A DNA stretch of 64,000 nt from a virus, in IMG/VR virus record IMGVR_UViG_3300018915_000002, one strand, 5' to 3'. This document shows, one piece after another, positions 9,937 through 19,656 of the stretch. Made by a program: the position numbers and the translations under genes. Below the pieces are notes generated by a model, which did not search any database, was not told the origin of the DNA, and saw nothing but the letters and a program-made list of their open reading frames with translations. How positions within the stretch are numbered: the first letter of the stretch is position 1; the number at the start of each line of letters is the position of its first letter.

Positions 9937-10433
9937 CTATTAGCTATAAAAGAAACCGGAATTTTTTCCTTCGCTTTGTTGATGGCGAATTTGAAGGAAC
10001 ATCGTTTCCTGATGATATGGCGAATCCTGATCGCCAAGCCCTCCAAGAATGGCTAGATGCAGGGAACGAAGTAGAAGAAATACAATCCGCTGCTCCAGAG
10101 CCATCTGTAGACAAATGGAAAGGACTTGCCGCCGCATTCAAATTATCTGAACTCAATGGCATTCTCAAGGGACTTAAAGATGCAGGGGATAACCCAAAAG
10201 TCAACGCCATCTGGCGAATCTCCGATGACCTGACGTTAGTGATCTTGAACGATGTATTCAGCGACGATATTCGCACGAAGTCAATGACGCAAGAGTTCAT
10301 CGCTTTATTCCAGAAATTAGAGGAAGGGGAAGTAGTGGTGCCTGACTCAGCTCGGATCGAGATTCGCGAAGCTTTAGAAAGACTGGGCTTTGACTCAGTT
10401 GTTGAAGCCTTGTCACGGAATTCCGTGGTCTAA
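9933..10433 (+). CDS. Tail fibre assembly chaperone-like protein
   Basis: FPDDMANPDRQALQEWLDAGN motif, directly after the fibre-tip gene. Confidence 0.65.
   Translation: MTISYKRNRNFFLRFVDGEFEGTSFPDDMANPDRQALQEWLDAGNEVEEIQSAAPEPSVDKWKGLAAAFKLSELNGILKGLKDAGDNPKVNAIWRISDDLTLVILNDVFSDDIRTKSMTQEFIALFQKLEEGEVVVPDSARIEIREALERLGFDSVVEALSRNSVV
10414..10427. repeat. CACGG-N4-CCGTG palindrome #2
   Basis: CACGGAATTCCGTG, in the last codons of 9933..10433. Confidence 0.9.
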
Positions 10434-11521
10434 TTTGTCAGGTTCTTGAACACCAGTCTGAATATAGTAGTAGGCAATCCCCCTCGGACATTAGACTTGG
10501 CTGCAACCCCCATGCCCCCTTCTAATTCCAAGGGGATTGTCTCTTGCCCACCACCTGCACCAATCCCGCCCTCTACATAGCAGCCAAGCGTTAAATCCAG
10601 TGGAGGTAGGTAGAGTCTTCCTTCGTCACGAACCTTGTGCATGATTTGATTCGCGATCGCCTGAGCGTCCTGCCGTTCGGCAGCCATCACCGATACTTCA
10701 ATCGGCAAGTCAAAGTTCGCTACGGGATAATCTAGCTCTGATCTACCCTTCTCTGTCAGCACAGGCTCATACCGCAATGGGGCATGATATTCACGGATAT
10801 CCAGTTCTCTTAATACTACGCAAGGGGATTGCTCTATCTGGTAAATCCCCTCAGTGAACTCCACCTGGGGTTTTATTGAAAAAAGGAGCTGTATTGGCTG
10901 AGGTGGCAAAGGAGTTTCAGGACGAATGCTGTTACCCGATGCGATCGCCTTTATCGGTAGTCCTTCAAGCCCCCACACCTGCACATCTAACAGTTGCCCC
11001 ACGTTGTAGCCCTTGGGAATTTCTACTGACCCATCAGCTTTTAGTCGAGTGATGCGATTAAGTCGGTAGGGCTGCGAGAGCCAATTTGGAATAGCAAACT
11101 GTAACATATACTCGATTGGATCTATTTCAACCTCATACCCAACGATCAGTTCCTTGAGCGTCTTCCCCTGTTCAATCCGAGCGTGGAACTGCAACGCTCC
11201 AGCCCAAAGCCCAATCCCTTCACGAATCGTTTCTGGGGATTGATAGATGGCTTCTGGAGTAGGTCGCCATATCCCATCCCAGTAAAAGAAGCCTGGTTCT
11301 TGTCCTGACGGTCGATATCCGTTGGGGGCATAGACTGCAATGGTTATTCCCTCCTCTGGGTGTGCCTGAAACCCTAAATAGTGCCATGCAGATCGAGGAT
11401 GAACTACCGGGGTTACCACCCTCCCCTCTTCTTTGGCAATTAAGTTGTCTTTATAGAAGAAAACACCTGAATGTGGCTGCTGAAAGAGCGCGATCGCACT
11501 GAAATTGCGAATTATTTTCAT
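10430..11521 (-). CDS. Hypothetical protein, possibly virion (tail completion-like C-terminus)
   Basis: 363-aa ORF; function is inferred only. Confidence 0.4.
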   Translation of the reverse strand: MKIIRNFSAIALFQQPHSGVFFYKDNLIAKEEGRVVTPVVHPRSAWHYLGFQAHPEEGITIAVYAPNGYRPSGQEPGFFYWDGIWRPTPEAIYQSPETIREGIGLWAGALQFHARIEQGKTLKELIVGYEVEIDPIEYMLQFAIPNWLSQPYRLNRITRLKADGSVEIPKGYNVGQLLDVQVWGLEGLPIKAIASGNSIRPETPLPPQPIQLLFSIKPQVEFTEGIYQIEQSPCVVLRELDIREYHAPLRYEPVLTEKGRSELDYPVANFDLPIEVSVMAAERQDAQAIANQIMHKVRDEGRLYLPPLDLTLGCYVEGGIGAGGGQETIPLELEGGMGVAAKSNVRGGLPTTIFRLVFKNLTN

Positions 11522-11607
11522 ATTGTTATAACGAAACTATTGACACATAAGTAAAACTTATGAGATAATAGAGATATCAAAAGATTACTACAACTAAAGC
11601 AAAAACC

Positions 11608-11928
11608 ATGAACGCGATTATTTTCCTCGTCGTAACCGTGCTATTTCCTGTTGCTGATATTATCTGGCAAGCAAGATGTAATCAGAAGTTTGGGCAAATG
11701 GGTCATTTTATTGACATAGTGATTCACTCCTCCGACTTCTCTCACCTAGCCGCTGTCAGCATAATCGCTGCACTTGTTACAGTGTGCTTCCTCTTTGTTT
11801 GGGCTAAAGCCATGAAGTGGGCTTTCCCAAAACTGAATAAGTTGTTTGGAGAGGAGGTTGTCGGAACCTTTATCTGGTTCTGCCTCACCCTCTGGCCCAT
11901 CGCAGTTAACGCGATAAAGCATTTTTGA
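11608..11928 (+). CDS. Small membrane protein (about 3 hydrophobic segments), accessory
   Basis: Hydrophobic stretches; preceded by TTGACA-17bp-GATAAT and AAGCAAAAACCATG. Confidence 0.65.
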   Translation: MNAIIFLVVTVLFPVADIIWQARCNQKFGQMGHFIDIVIHSSDFSHLAAVSIIAALVTVCFLFVWAKAMKWAFPKLNKLFGEEVVGTFIWFCLTLWPIAVNAIKHF

Positions 11929-11942
11929 TAAAGAGTCCTCGT

Positions 11943-11956
11943 CACGGAGTCCCGTG
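11943..11956. repeat. CACGG-N4-CCGTG palindrome #3 (inside a longer hairpin)
   Basis: AGTCCTCGT-CACGGAGTCCCGTG-GTGAGGACT. Confidence 0.9.
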
Positions 11957-12023
11957 GTGAGGACTTTCTGTTTGTATGTCATTTTACGCTACAATGTGAA
12001 TAGCTACTTATTAAAGCAAAGTC

Positions 12024-12812
12024 ATGCACAAGAAACTGGATAAAACCCTCCGTCGCCGCTACTATCGGTGGCGGAACATGGAAAACAATTACTGGAAACT
12101 TCCGATTGAGGTCAGTGAAGATGGATACTTGATTGCTCGGTATAATTCCCTTGGTATTTCTTGGCGCGAGGAAAAAACACCAATTCTTGCATTTCCACCG
12201 GGATGCAAGGGAGAGGAGGGTGTTATGGCAACTGAATGGCAGAAATCACAACTGCCATCCTCGATGAATATGTCGGCATACCTGCTGTTTAAGCATTTTT
12301 GTCATTCAGATGACCCCGACGTATTTCTTGAACCAACTCCGATACCAGAGCGGTTAACTATTGCGATGGGGCATTACGTCTCTGTTGTGATGGAGTGCGA
12401 TCGCTCTATCACCATATATCCCACGCCAGCAGCCTTTGAGGAAATGGACGAGCTTCTCAAGATGAAGCCACTCGATGCTTCATACGAGTTGTTCGGTGAT
12501 CTGCTTCGCAATGGGTGGGATTCTGACTTTGAACTTTACGAGCAAGTAACCGAAGACGGAGCGTTTTACCTTGACGATGATCGAGGTGAAGGTTACTTCT
12601 GGGTATACGGCTGGAGCTATGACGATTATGTTTTTCGTCTCTTGCATGAAGATATCCTACTTCGTGGAGAAGCCAAGATGTCTTATTTTCGCAGTGACCT
12701 TAGCGATATCCAGCGGGATGTTTTATATCGACAGCAAAATGGAGTAGGTGATGAACCGTCCTTAGCTAAAAAACTTGCCGAAGCCTGTGGATATGAGGTG
12801 ATTATCGAGTAG
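12024..12812 (+). CDS. Acidic hypothetical accessory protein
   Basis: 262-aa ORF with AAGCAAAGTCATG leader and a downstream terminator. Confidence 0.65.
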   Translation: MHKKLDKTLRRRYYRWRNMENNYWKLPIEVSEDGYLIARYNSLGISWREEKTPILAFPPGCKGEEGVMATEWQKSQLPSSMNMSAYLLFKHFCHSDDPDVFLEPTPIPERLTIAMGHYVSVVMECDRSITIYPTPAAFEEMDELLKMKPLDASYELFGDLLRNGWDSDFELYEQVTEDGAFYLDDDRGEGYFWVYGWSYDDYVFRLLHEDILLRGEAKMSYFRSDLSDIQRDVLYRQQNGVGDEPSLAKKLAEACGYEVIIE

Positions 12813-12824
12813 CATTTGCTACGG

Positions 12825-12862
12825 AAAAACCCCTGTCATGAATCGCCATGACAGGGGTTTTT
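12825..12862. terminator. Bidirectional intrinsic terminator
   Basis: AAAAACCCCTGTCATG-aatcgc-CATGACAGGGGTTTTT between convergent genes. Confidence 0.8.
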
Positions 12863-12867
12863 CGTGC

Positions 12868-13395
12868 CTAAATTTGGTATTCCAGTTCTCTCCAGAAGTT
12901 CTTAAGCTCCTTCCTCGCCTCTTCCCTCGCATCGCGCAGCGAGTATTCCCAAGAGTGTCGTGCGGGAATTTGAATATGGGTGGTTGTCGCTTTCAGGAAT
13001 ATTCCATGATAGGCAAGAAACCCTCTCATCCGTTGCGTTACCTGGATTGTTGCACCTTGGTCTTGGACTTTTGCCACTGTTGTAGGACGACCTTTGGGGA
13101 TACCAAGTGTAGCGGTAAAGGTATTCCCTTGCTGGTTGTAGGTCAATTCGATATGATTGCGAATGCCACTGCCATTTGGCTCACCTAATCGTTTGTAAAG
13201 GTGCCTTGTTACTGCACTCAATGGAGGGGGTTGCCCACCTCTCCCTTGAGTCGCAAGGCGATCGCGATACGTGTCATCAAAAAACTGTGCTGATTGCCTC
13301 GCCCACTGCTCTCCTATACGAGGAACCTCTTTCTCAATTTCAGTGAGGCGTGTTCGTAGCAGGGGATAATTGTTTTTTTTGGTAGTTAACCGCAT
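12868..13395 (-). CDS. Phage virion morphogenesis/neck protein
   Basis: Basic protein with QPPPLS..T and AKVQDQGATIQVT.RMR.FL...IPAR motifs of tail-completion/neck families. Confidence 0.65.
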   Translation of the reverse strand: MRLTTKKNNYPLLRTRLTEIEKEVPRIGEQWARQSAQFFDDTYRDRLATQGRGGQPPPLSAVTRHLYKRLGEPNGSGIRNHIELTYNQQGNTFTATLGIPKGRPTTVAKVQDQGATIQVTQRMRGFLAYHGIFLKATTTHIQIPARHSWEYSLRDAREEARKELKNFWRELEYQI

Positions 13396-13839
13396 TTAAA
13401 TGTAGGGGCGTGGCGACATTGAATTGAGTTGAGACTGCATCTGACTCACCATACTCTGGAACATAAAGGCATGTTGAGCTACAACAATCTCCTTGAGATT
13501 TGCCTCTATCACCTGCCTGACAAATTCAGAAGGGGTAGCGCCAGTGGCTGTCCAGATGCCCTGCTGGTATTCGGGCTTAGCTAATTCCTCTTTGATCTTT
13601 TCAACAAAGATTGCCTTGATCTCCTCTTCAATCAGAACCTTTAATGGAGCTTTGACTGTTGACGACCTGCCAGAGTAAAGATCATTTTGGACTCTATCTT
13701 CTGTAAATGCTTTTATCTCTCCTTGGACTAACGCATCAAATTCCTCTGGCGAAATCAGCTCTAGAAATGTTTCCCGAATTCGATCAGATACACGGCTTTT
13801 GATGTCACGAGGCTTGGCAAGGCTTGAGTCGTCTGTCAT
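13396..13839 (-). CDS. Hypothetical protein
   Basis: ATG at 13839 chosen to avoid overlap with the divergent gene at 13873. Confidence 0.55.
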   Translation of the reverse strand: MTDDSSLAKPRDIKSRVSDRIRETFLELISPEEFDALVQGEIKAFTEDRVQNDLYSGRSSTVKAPLKVLIEEEIKAIFVEKIKEELAKPEYQQGIWTATGATPSEFVRQVIEANLKEIVVAQHAFMFQSMVSQMQSQLNSMSPRPYI

Positions 13840-13872
13840 CGTATTAGAACAAGAGAGCAACCCCTCGATCTT

Positions 13873-14316
13873 ATGACTAACTGGCTTGCCCAACAACCCA
13901 AGTCTTGGTTCTACCTCGAAGCGCTGCGGAATTGCGCCCGTGAAAAGGGCGATGATATTCGGATGTGCAAGAGATCGCTCGTCCAGGAATCGCAACCTGA
14001 ATATGGTGTACCAGCCGAGTATGGATGGGTTTGCCGCCCACTTGAAGGCTGGGTAATTACTAAGAAGCTAAGTGCGATCGCAATCAATCAAGGTGCAGGC
14101 GCAATCAAGGATTCAGAAGAGAATGCCTATATTTTCCCAATTGACTTTTCCCTAAAGGATATTGATGAATCGACCTACTTCTGGGTCAACACGCGGTTCT
14201 ATCAGGTGGAACTAATCTACGTTTGCCCACATAGGCATGACGTGATTTTGTACTATCAATTTCGGCTGATAGAGACTGATGAAACCATTGACGAGGCTAT
14301 ATCTAGCGAACAATAA
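13873..14316 (+). CDS. Putative head-closure/adaptor-like protein
   Basis: 147-aa beta-rich ORF next to the neck gene; the call is inference. Confidence 0.4.
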   Translation: MTNWLAQQPKSWFYLEALRNCAREKGDDIRMCKRSLVQESQPEYGVPAEYGWVCRPLEGWVITKKLSAIAINQGAGAIKDSEENAYIFPIDFSLKDIDESTYFWVNTRFYQVELIYVCPHRHDVILYYQFRLIETDETIDEAISSEQ

Positions 14317-14328
14317 CAGCTAAACAAG

Positions 14329-14360
14329 CAAGCCCCCTTGAATGTATTCAAGGGGGGCTT
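14329..14360 (+). terminator. Intrinsic terminator, related to 50563-50595
   Basis: AAGCCCCCTTGAAT-gt-ATTCAAGGGGGGCTT-type hairpin after the stop at 14316. Confidence 0.7.
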
Positions 14361-14433
14361 ATTGAGTTTAAATTATATGTAACAAGTCGTTAACAACAAA
14401 AGTCGCCTTCTATGAGGGCGGCTTTTCTTGTAG

Positions 14434-14447
14434 CACGGAACTCCGTG
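14434..14447. repeat. CACGG-N4-CCGTG palindrome #4
   Basis: CACGGAACTCCGTG, abutting a stop codon. Confidence 0.9.
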
Positions 14448-14726
14448 TTACGCTTCGGAATGCTTGGAAAACCCAACGATTTTTTGAGCTACTGCTACCT
14501 GCAACCCTTCCTCCAAGTCATCGAAGACCGAACCAATTTGGTTCTCGACGAGAAACTGACGGTGTTGGGTGTAGTCGCCTCCATTCTCATGGATGAAGCT
14601 TGGCAACAAAGTACCATCGTAAATTGCCTTGACAGCAGGCGTTCCCCGATCAACAGGAGCGCCGTAGGTTACGACTGGCGTTGAGTAGATGCGTCGGGAA
14701 AGTGATTCCCATGTATTGTCAGGCAT
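14448..14726 (-). CDS. Hypothetical protein
   Basis: Last gene of the coupled minus-strand run. Confidence 0.55.
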   Translation of the reverse strand: MPDNTWESLSRRIYSTPVVTYGAPVDRGTPAVKAIYDGTLLPSFIHENGGDYTQHRQFLVENQIGSVFDDLEEGLQVAVAQKIVGFSKHSEA

Positions 14727-15099
14727 TGCTATCCTCTACTTCTTTGATTACCTGTGCCAGCGCTGGAGGTTCCGCCCCATAAAGCTCTGTTTGTAGTTTT
14801 AGTTCCTCCCTAAAGACATCTATAGGGATATTTTCTTTTTTTGCTACACACCAGATTGCCCTCCACATCGCCACTCGGTATTCATAGGATGGTTCTACTC
14901 CACTGTTGACAACTTCCTGTCCGTCACGATAGGTTCCGTAGACGGCTATCTGCAATCCTCGCTCAACCATCCCCCAGTGCCGTCCGCACATTAAATACTT
15001 TGCGGCGATAGGGGCTTTGCAGCCTTTGGCATGACAGCGATGTACTACCCGATTTGAAGGATTTCTGGCTGTTCCCGTACTTGAAACTCTCTTGCCCAT
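14719..15099 (-). CDS. Hypothetical protein with Cys/His cluster (HRCHAKGC...MCGRHW)
   Basis: Putative Zn-binding motif; start uncertain. Confidence 0.55.
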   Translation of the reverse strand: MGKRVSSTGTARNPSNRVVHRCHAKGCKAPIAAKYLMCGRHWGMVERGLQIAVYGTYRDGQEVVNSGVEPSYEYRVAMWRAIWCVAKKENIPIDVFREELKLQTELYGAEPPALAQVIKEVEDSNA

Positions 15100-16031
15100 T
15101 CCTCTGGATTCCCTCCTTTTTTGTCTTCAAATTCTACTTGCCAGTTTGTGGATTCAGCCCCAGTTCCCGCTATATAGGGAGCCGAATCCACAGGGTTCGC
15201 GCCCATTTGCTTGAAGAATGCCTTGACACCATGCTCTCGACACTGGTGAAGAATTGATCGCCCCCAATTTAGGTTGAACTGTCGCGCTTTATGACCGGAT
15301 TCTCCGCCAATGATCACCCAGTCTACGGGATATTTATCGAGGTGCAGGTTCACGTCTCCCAGTAATGGCTCTGCCGAGATGAAGGTGTGCCAGCCCTGTC
15401 GCTTGAGTTGATGCATCATAGGCATCCGTTCATCCGCTCTGATTTGATCTTCCACGGAAGCGCCCAGCATCATGTTGGGAAGGGGAAATTGATCACATTG
15501 CTTCCCATCAAGTTTGCCGCCCACTTTATACTTATCGATTGCCTCGTTGATTACTTCAAAATGCTGTCCTGGAGGCAAGGATAAGTCCGTAATGAGGTTT
15601 ATCAGGGAAATATGGGAGTCTTTGTACTTAATAGCTGACTGAACACTGCTCCTCAGGGGAGAATCCAGCCATCTCAGAGCGCATTCTGGTCGTTTGGTTA
15701 GCATCAAGAATCGATGCAGTGGGCATAAGGCTGCTGTCAAGAATGCCATTGCGATCCAGTCGTCTGGAGACTCCTCGTGGAATGGATCGGTCATTGAAGG
15801 GAACCATGTTGTTGGTTTTGACAGCAGAGGTTCAATTAACCCCATTACGTGGAAGTTGAGTGTTCCATCCCATGCCGCGATCTCCTCTGTGTATTGAGGT
15901 ACTTTTGGGTTCTTCGCTAACCTCTTAGCAATCTTTTCGGCGTAGCATCTGGCGCAACCGGGGCTTTTCGGCGAACACCCTTGTTGATACCCCCAGGAGT
16001 CGCCTACCCACTCAATTGTGGTTTTACTCAT
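15045..16031 (-). CDS. DUF5131 / phage Gp37Gp68 family protein
   Basis: MSKTTIEW...GCSPKSPGCARCYA...SMTDPFHE...LTKRP...SAEPLLG...WVIIGGESG...FFKQMG. Confidence 0.9.
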   Translation of the reverse strand: MSKTTIEWVGDSWGYQQGCSPKSPGCARCYAEKIAKRLAKNPKVPQYTEEIAAWDGTLNFHVMGLIEPLLSKPTTWFPSMTDPFHEESPDDWIAMAFLTAALCPLHRFLMLTKRPECALRWLDSPLRSSVQSAIKYKDSHISLINLITDLSLPPGQHFEVINEAIDKYKVGGKLDGKQCDQFPLPNMMLGASVEDQIRADERMPMMHQLKRQGWHTFISAEPLLGDVNLHLDKYPVDWVIIGGESGHKARQFNLNWGRSILHQCREHGVKAFFKQMGANPVDSAPYIAGTGAESTNWQVEFEDKKGGNPEEWAREFQVREQPEILQIG

Positions 16032-16299
16032 CCTTCACCTCCTCGCCTGCAATAAATGCGCCAAAGTCTTCTAGTCCATTACCTGATGCATCCAGCATCC
16101 ATTCTTCTAGTTCCCGAATGGATGACATTGCAAATGCGATCGCGTGTTTTGCTCTGGTACTTTGCGATCTAAACAATTCTTCGGAGGTGCCTGGAAAATC
16201 GTACCCATTTGATAAGAGCCACAGCCGAGCCATTCGTTCCATGAGCGGATTGAATTGGCTGGGTATGGGATTAGCCGCTGTTCCTCTTAATGTCTTCAT
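16024..16299 (-). CDS. Hypothetical protein
   Basis: Coupled ORF between the methyltransferase and DUF5131. Confidence 0.55.
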   Translation of the reverse strand: MKTLRGTAANPIPSQFNPLMERMARLWLLSNGYDFPGTSEELFRSQSTRAKHAIAFAMSSIRELEEWMLDASGNGLEDFGAFIAGEEVKDE

Positions 16300-16301
16300 T
16301 G

Positions 16302-17687
16302 TTAATTTCCTATTAGCGATCGCACAATTGCTTCAGCAAGCTTGCAGGGAACGCCATTCCCAATCCCCTTGCAAGCCAATGTGTTCTTTACTGGCAACTC
16401 ATACCAGTCTGGTAACGTTTGGAATCGGGCAAGACACCGAGAGGTCATCTGCACGACTCTTGCCGAGTTTAAGATTGCCTTTGGCGTAGAGGCTGGACGA
16501 CGCATCTTCTCTGCCGTGATCGTGAACGACGGCTCATCCATTTCCCTGACTGTGCAGTCACGGATCGTGTTGACGACATCAATTAGCACGGCTTTTGACT
16601 GATGGCTGGGTTTGCCATCGGTAATTACAGTTGGTGCGGGTTCAGAGTACTCCCTAATCCCATCCCCATACTCCTGATTCGGGTTTTTGGACTGAATGAG
16701 CATAGCCCTTAAGGCTTGGTGGCTGCTAGTAACAGTGAGAGCCGGCTCCTCGTGTTGTCGAGTTGATACAGATTCGCCTCTATTTCCAATGCCACAGACT
16801 AAAACAGCCTTGGGTCTATTTCCGGTTCGCTCGGTATCACTTACGGTTGCCGCAGGTTCGTAGCCTTCACGGATAGTGAAGCTACTGGCATTTCCTCCAG
16901 GAACTAAGATTGCTCTAGCTTTGCTATTTGTTGCTGCATCAGCAGGGATTGTAGGTAGAGGCTGATCCCTTTTTCTTATCCCTGGAATCGTTGGACGGTT
17001 ATCTATTGCGAATTGCAAGAAGCTTTCCGAGCAGTTCGAGCCACCAATCCACAAATCCCCATCAATGTCTTGCCCTTTTTCAAGGGCAGCCCCTAGTCGA
17101 TCTAGCTGCCACTTGGCAAGCTTTGTTTCTGGCAGGGTTGGCAATAAATCCTCAATTGACTGATACCATCCCATCCAGTCCTGGGTTTGCGGCATTGGTG
17201 GTACAAATCCATGTCTGACCGCACGGAGAATCAATCTTCTACGGGTCTGAGGAACCCCGAAGTCGGCGGAATTGACTACCTGTCGGTCAATCCAATATCC
17301 GAGGCTATATAGCGTATCCTCTATTATTTTCAAAGACTTACTTCGCTTGTAAGCCTCGACGTTTTCCAGGATGAAATACTGGGGTTCTAAGGCTGTAATG
17401 GCATCCTCAATTGCAAAAGCGAAGTCCAGATCTAAGCCACTTTCCTTCGCGCCCTTCTTCGCTACGCTGAAATTAATGCATGGAGGGCTAGCCCAGAGGA
17501 TGTCGGGCTTCTCTAGTTTTCTAAAATCGGTTTTGCTCACCGATTGACATAGGACTTTGTGTCCTAGTTGACGAGACACTTCTGCGATCGCCTCATCAAT
17601 CTCAATTCCCCAAGCCAGTTCACAACCTGCCAGTTTTGCGCCAATGTCGGCTAGTCCAAAGCCAGTGAAAAGTGATGCAAAGATCAT
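16302..17687 (-). CDS. dcm: DNA (cytosine-5) methyltransferase with expanded, repeated variable region
   Basis: Motifs LFTGFG, ASPPC, ENV, VPQTRRR, ARFQT and GNGVP. Confidence 0.92.
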   Translation of the reverse strand: MIFASLFTGFGLADIGAKLAGCELAWGIEIDEAIAEVSRQLGHKVLCQSVSKTDFRKLEKPDILWASPPCINFSVAKKGAKESGLDLDFAFAIEDAITALEPQYFILENVEAYKRSKSLKIIEDTLYSLGYWIDRQVVNSADFGVPQTRRRLILRAVRHGFVPPMPQTQDWMGWYQSIEDLLPTLPETKLAKWQLDRLGAALEKGQDIDGDLWIGGSNCSESFLQFAIDNRPTIPGIRKRDQPLPTIPADAATNSKARAILVPGGNASSFTIREGYEPAATVSDTERTGNRPKAVLVCGIGNRGESVSTRQHEEPALTVTSSHQALRAMLIQSKNPNQEYGDGIREYSEPAPTVITDGKPSHQSKAVLIDVVNTIRDCTVREMDEPSFTITAEKMRRPASTPKAILNSARVVQMTSRCLARFQTLPDWYELPVKNTLACKGIGNGVPCKLAEAIVRSLIGN

Positions 17688-18505
17688 TCACTTCCTCCTT
17701 CACGGACTTCCGTGGTGAAGTTTAAAGCCCAGACCCAAGGGTTGGGATAAGCATGGCAGGGAATACCCTTGCGACAAGCATTGAGGGGCTTTTCGGGGAT
17801 GTCATCCTCGTCCCAAGGGTAGCAGATATAGTAAGCAAGGGTTCCCCCTTTACGGACGGGAGTCCATTTACCATTTATCTCGTTCCATAGCGATCTGAAA
17901 CTTCGTCGTCCAGCATCTCCGTCCTGGCTTGTGCAGGGCACTTGAAGTTCGTAGTTAAAGTATCGCACTCGGCTTTTAAACGGAGGGATTGCTCGCAAGA
18001 TTTCTAAGGGTTGTATTCCTTCTCTGATCGCATCCTCTTCACTAATCTCACTAATGCGCTGAACCCGAACCTCGGTGATCTCCCTCCAAATCCTAGCTGC
18101 CCACTTGGGCATGAATATTGCACTATGGCTTTCCGTTTCTTTGTGATGCGCCCAAGCAATCATCGCTCCCTCATTCTTCTTTGCAACCATGACTGTTTCA
18201 TGATCCGCGTCATAGTGCCAGCAGTGGTCGCTACCAAGGTAGAGCGATTCTTTACAGTAAAGGCGATCGCCTACTTTGTATGGAGCCTTCGATAGCATCA
18301 AGGGACTATCTATCAGTGGTGCGTTAGCTTTTTTGTCTCTCCGCCACACCCAAGAGCCATTCTCTAAAGTGGGCTGAGGATCGATTATTCTTCGGGTTTG
18401 AGTCTTGGGACTTTCATCTCTAAGCAATGCCTTGATCAGGTGCGGCTTAAAAAGTAAGCCGATATCCTTGCCAGTGGCGACTGGCTCTTTGTCGATGGTT
18501 TGCAT
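17684..18505 (-). CDS. ASCH/PUA-like phage protein
   Basis: KTQTRR...PY.VGDRLY.KE...IFMPKWAARI..EIT.VRVQR...ISEEDAI.EG...NPWVW. Confidence 0.8.
   Translation of the reverse strand: MQTIDKEPVATGKDIGLLFKPHLIKALLRDESPKTQTRRIIDPQPTLENGSWVWRRDKKANAPLIDSPLMLSKAPYKVGDRLYCKESLYLGSDHCWHYDADHETVMVAKKNEGAMIAWAHHKETESHSAIFMPKWAARIWREITEVRVQRISEISEEDAIREGIQPLEILRAIPPFKSRVRYFNYELQVPCTSQDGDAGRRSFRSLWNEINGKWTPVRKGGTLAYYICYPWDEDDIPEKPLNACRKGIPCHAYPNPWVWALNFTTEVREGGSE
17701..17714. repeat. CACGG-N4-CCGTG palindrome #5
   Basis: CACGGACTTCCGTG, just upstream of the dcm RBS. Confidence 0.9.
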
Positions 18506-18557
18506 AATGATTTTTGCAAAATACCTTAAAATTGTAACATCACACTAATTAAAAAAA

Positions 18558-19043
18558 GTGAAGCAGGTTATTGCACTTGGTATTGACCCTGGCTACGGAA
18601 TTTGTGGATACGGAGTGGTGGGATTAGAGGGCGGTGTTCAGTGGGGAACAATTGAGACTCCTCCAAATAAGCCATTCCCTAGGCGACTAGTGGAACTTGA
18701 TCAAGATATTACAACTCTGCTCAAGCAATTTCGCCCTGATGTAGTGGGGATTGAGGAAGATATGTTTTTGGAGCGCAATACCAATGCATCAACTGTGATG
18801 CAAGCCTATGGAGTGATTCGATGCGCGATCGCACGGTTAGACATTCCTGAAATTAAATTTTCTCCTCGCGAGATCAAAGAAGGCGTTTGCCATAGCCGTG
18901 CTAGTAAGTCAGAGATGATTCGAGCTGTCAAAGAACTGTTTGAGATTGATCAGCCGATCAAGGAAAATGATTCCGCAGATGGCTTAGCGGCAGCTTATCT
19001 CGCGCAAACTCGTTATAAACTAGAATTTTTGACCAATGGTTGA
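18558..19043 (+). CDS. ruvC: Holliday junction resolvase RuvC
   Basis: LGIDPG...GYGVV...PDVVGIEE...P.EIK...ASKSEM...DSADGLAAA. Confidence 0.92.
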   Translation: MKQVIALGIDPGYGICGYGVVGLEGGVQWGTIETPPNKPFPRRLVELDQDITTLLKQFRPDVVGIEEDMFLERNTNASTVMQAYGVIRCAIARLDIPEIKFSPREIKEGVCHSRASKSEMIRAVKELFEIDQPIKENDSADGLAAAYLAQTRYKLEFLTNG

Positions 19044-19656
19044 TCAACCCGCTCCTCATGATGTTGTCCTTGGTGGGCATCAAAAGCAAAAGATTGAATA
19101 TTCTTTACGAGATGATGTTGAGGCTGTACTGCGCCATTTAGAACAAGAAGATCGTCGAACAGACAATGAATTAGTTCGCGTTAAGCTTAACCACGAGCAG
19201 CGGATGATTGCATTATTAATGGAAAAAGGTTCCAAGAAGATGTTGGTTCCTTTGATTCAGTGGATAGACGCGCTGGAGGTAATGCAGCGCCAAAGGGAAG
19301 AACAATTGCAACAAGAGTGCGATCAGTTATTTAAAGAAAATCGCGCCCTCAAGGCGAAGCTGGCGGCTGTTCACTACGAATTGAGTGGGGAAAAGGAGAT
19401 AGATCGCGATCGCCTACTAAGCCTTCTAGATACTGAATTTGGCGACGAATTTAGGGATTTACTGGGCATCCTATGGCAGTCTGGGACAATCGCCAATTGG
19501 TATAGAACTGGAAGAAGAATCTCTGCGCCACGAGTACGGCACCTAGCCACTTTAATCGAGGAGTTCCAGTCAAAATACCCACACTTCTCCCGGAGCCGCG
19601 TCTATCGAGAGGTTCGTGGAGAGTCGTTATATGATTCATCGCTTGAAGATGACTAA
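19036..19656 (+). CDS. Hypothetical coiled-coil protein
   Basis: ORF coupled to ruvC. Confidence 0.55.
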   Translation: MVDQPAPHDVVLGGHQKQKIEYSLRDDVEAVLRHLEQEDRRTDNELVRVKLNHEQRMIALLMEKGSKKMLVPLIQWIDALEVMQRQREEQLQQECDQLFKENRALKAKLAAVHYELSGEKEIDRDRLLSLLDTEFGDEFRDLLGILWQSGTIANWYRTGRRISAPRVRHLATLIEEFQSKYPHFSRSRVYREVRGESLYDSSLEDD

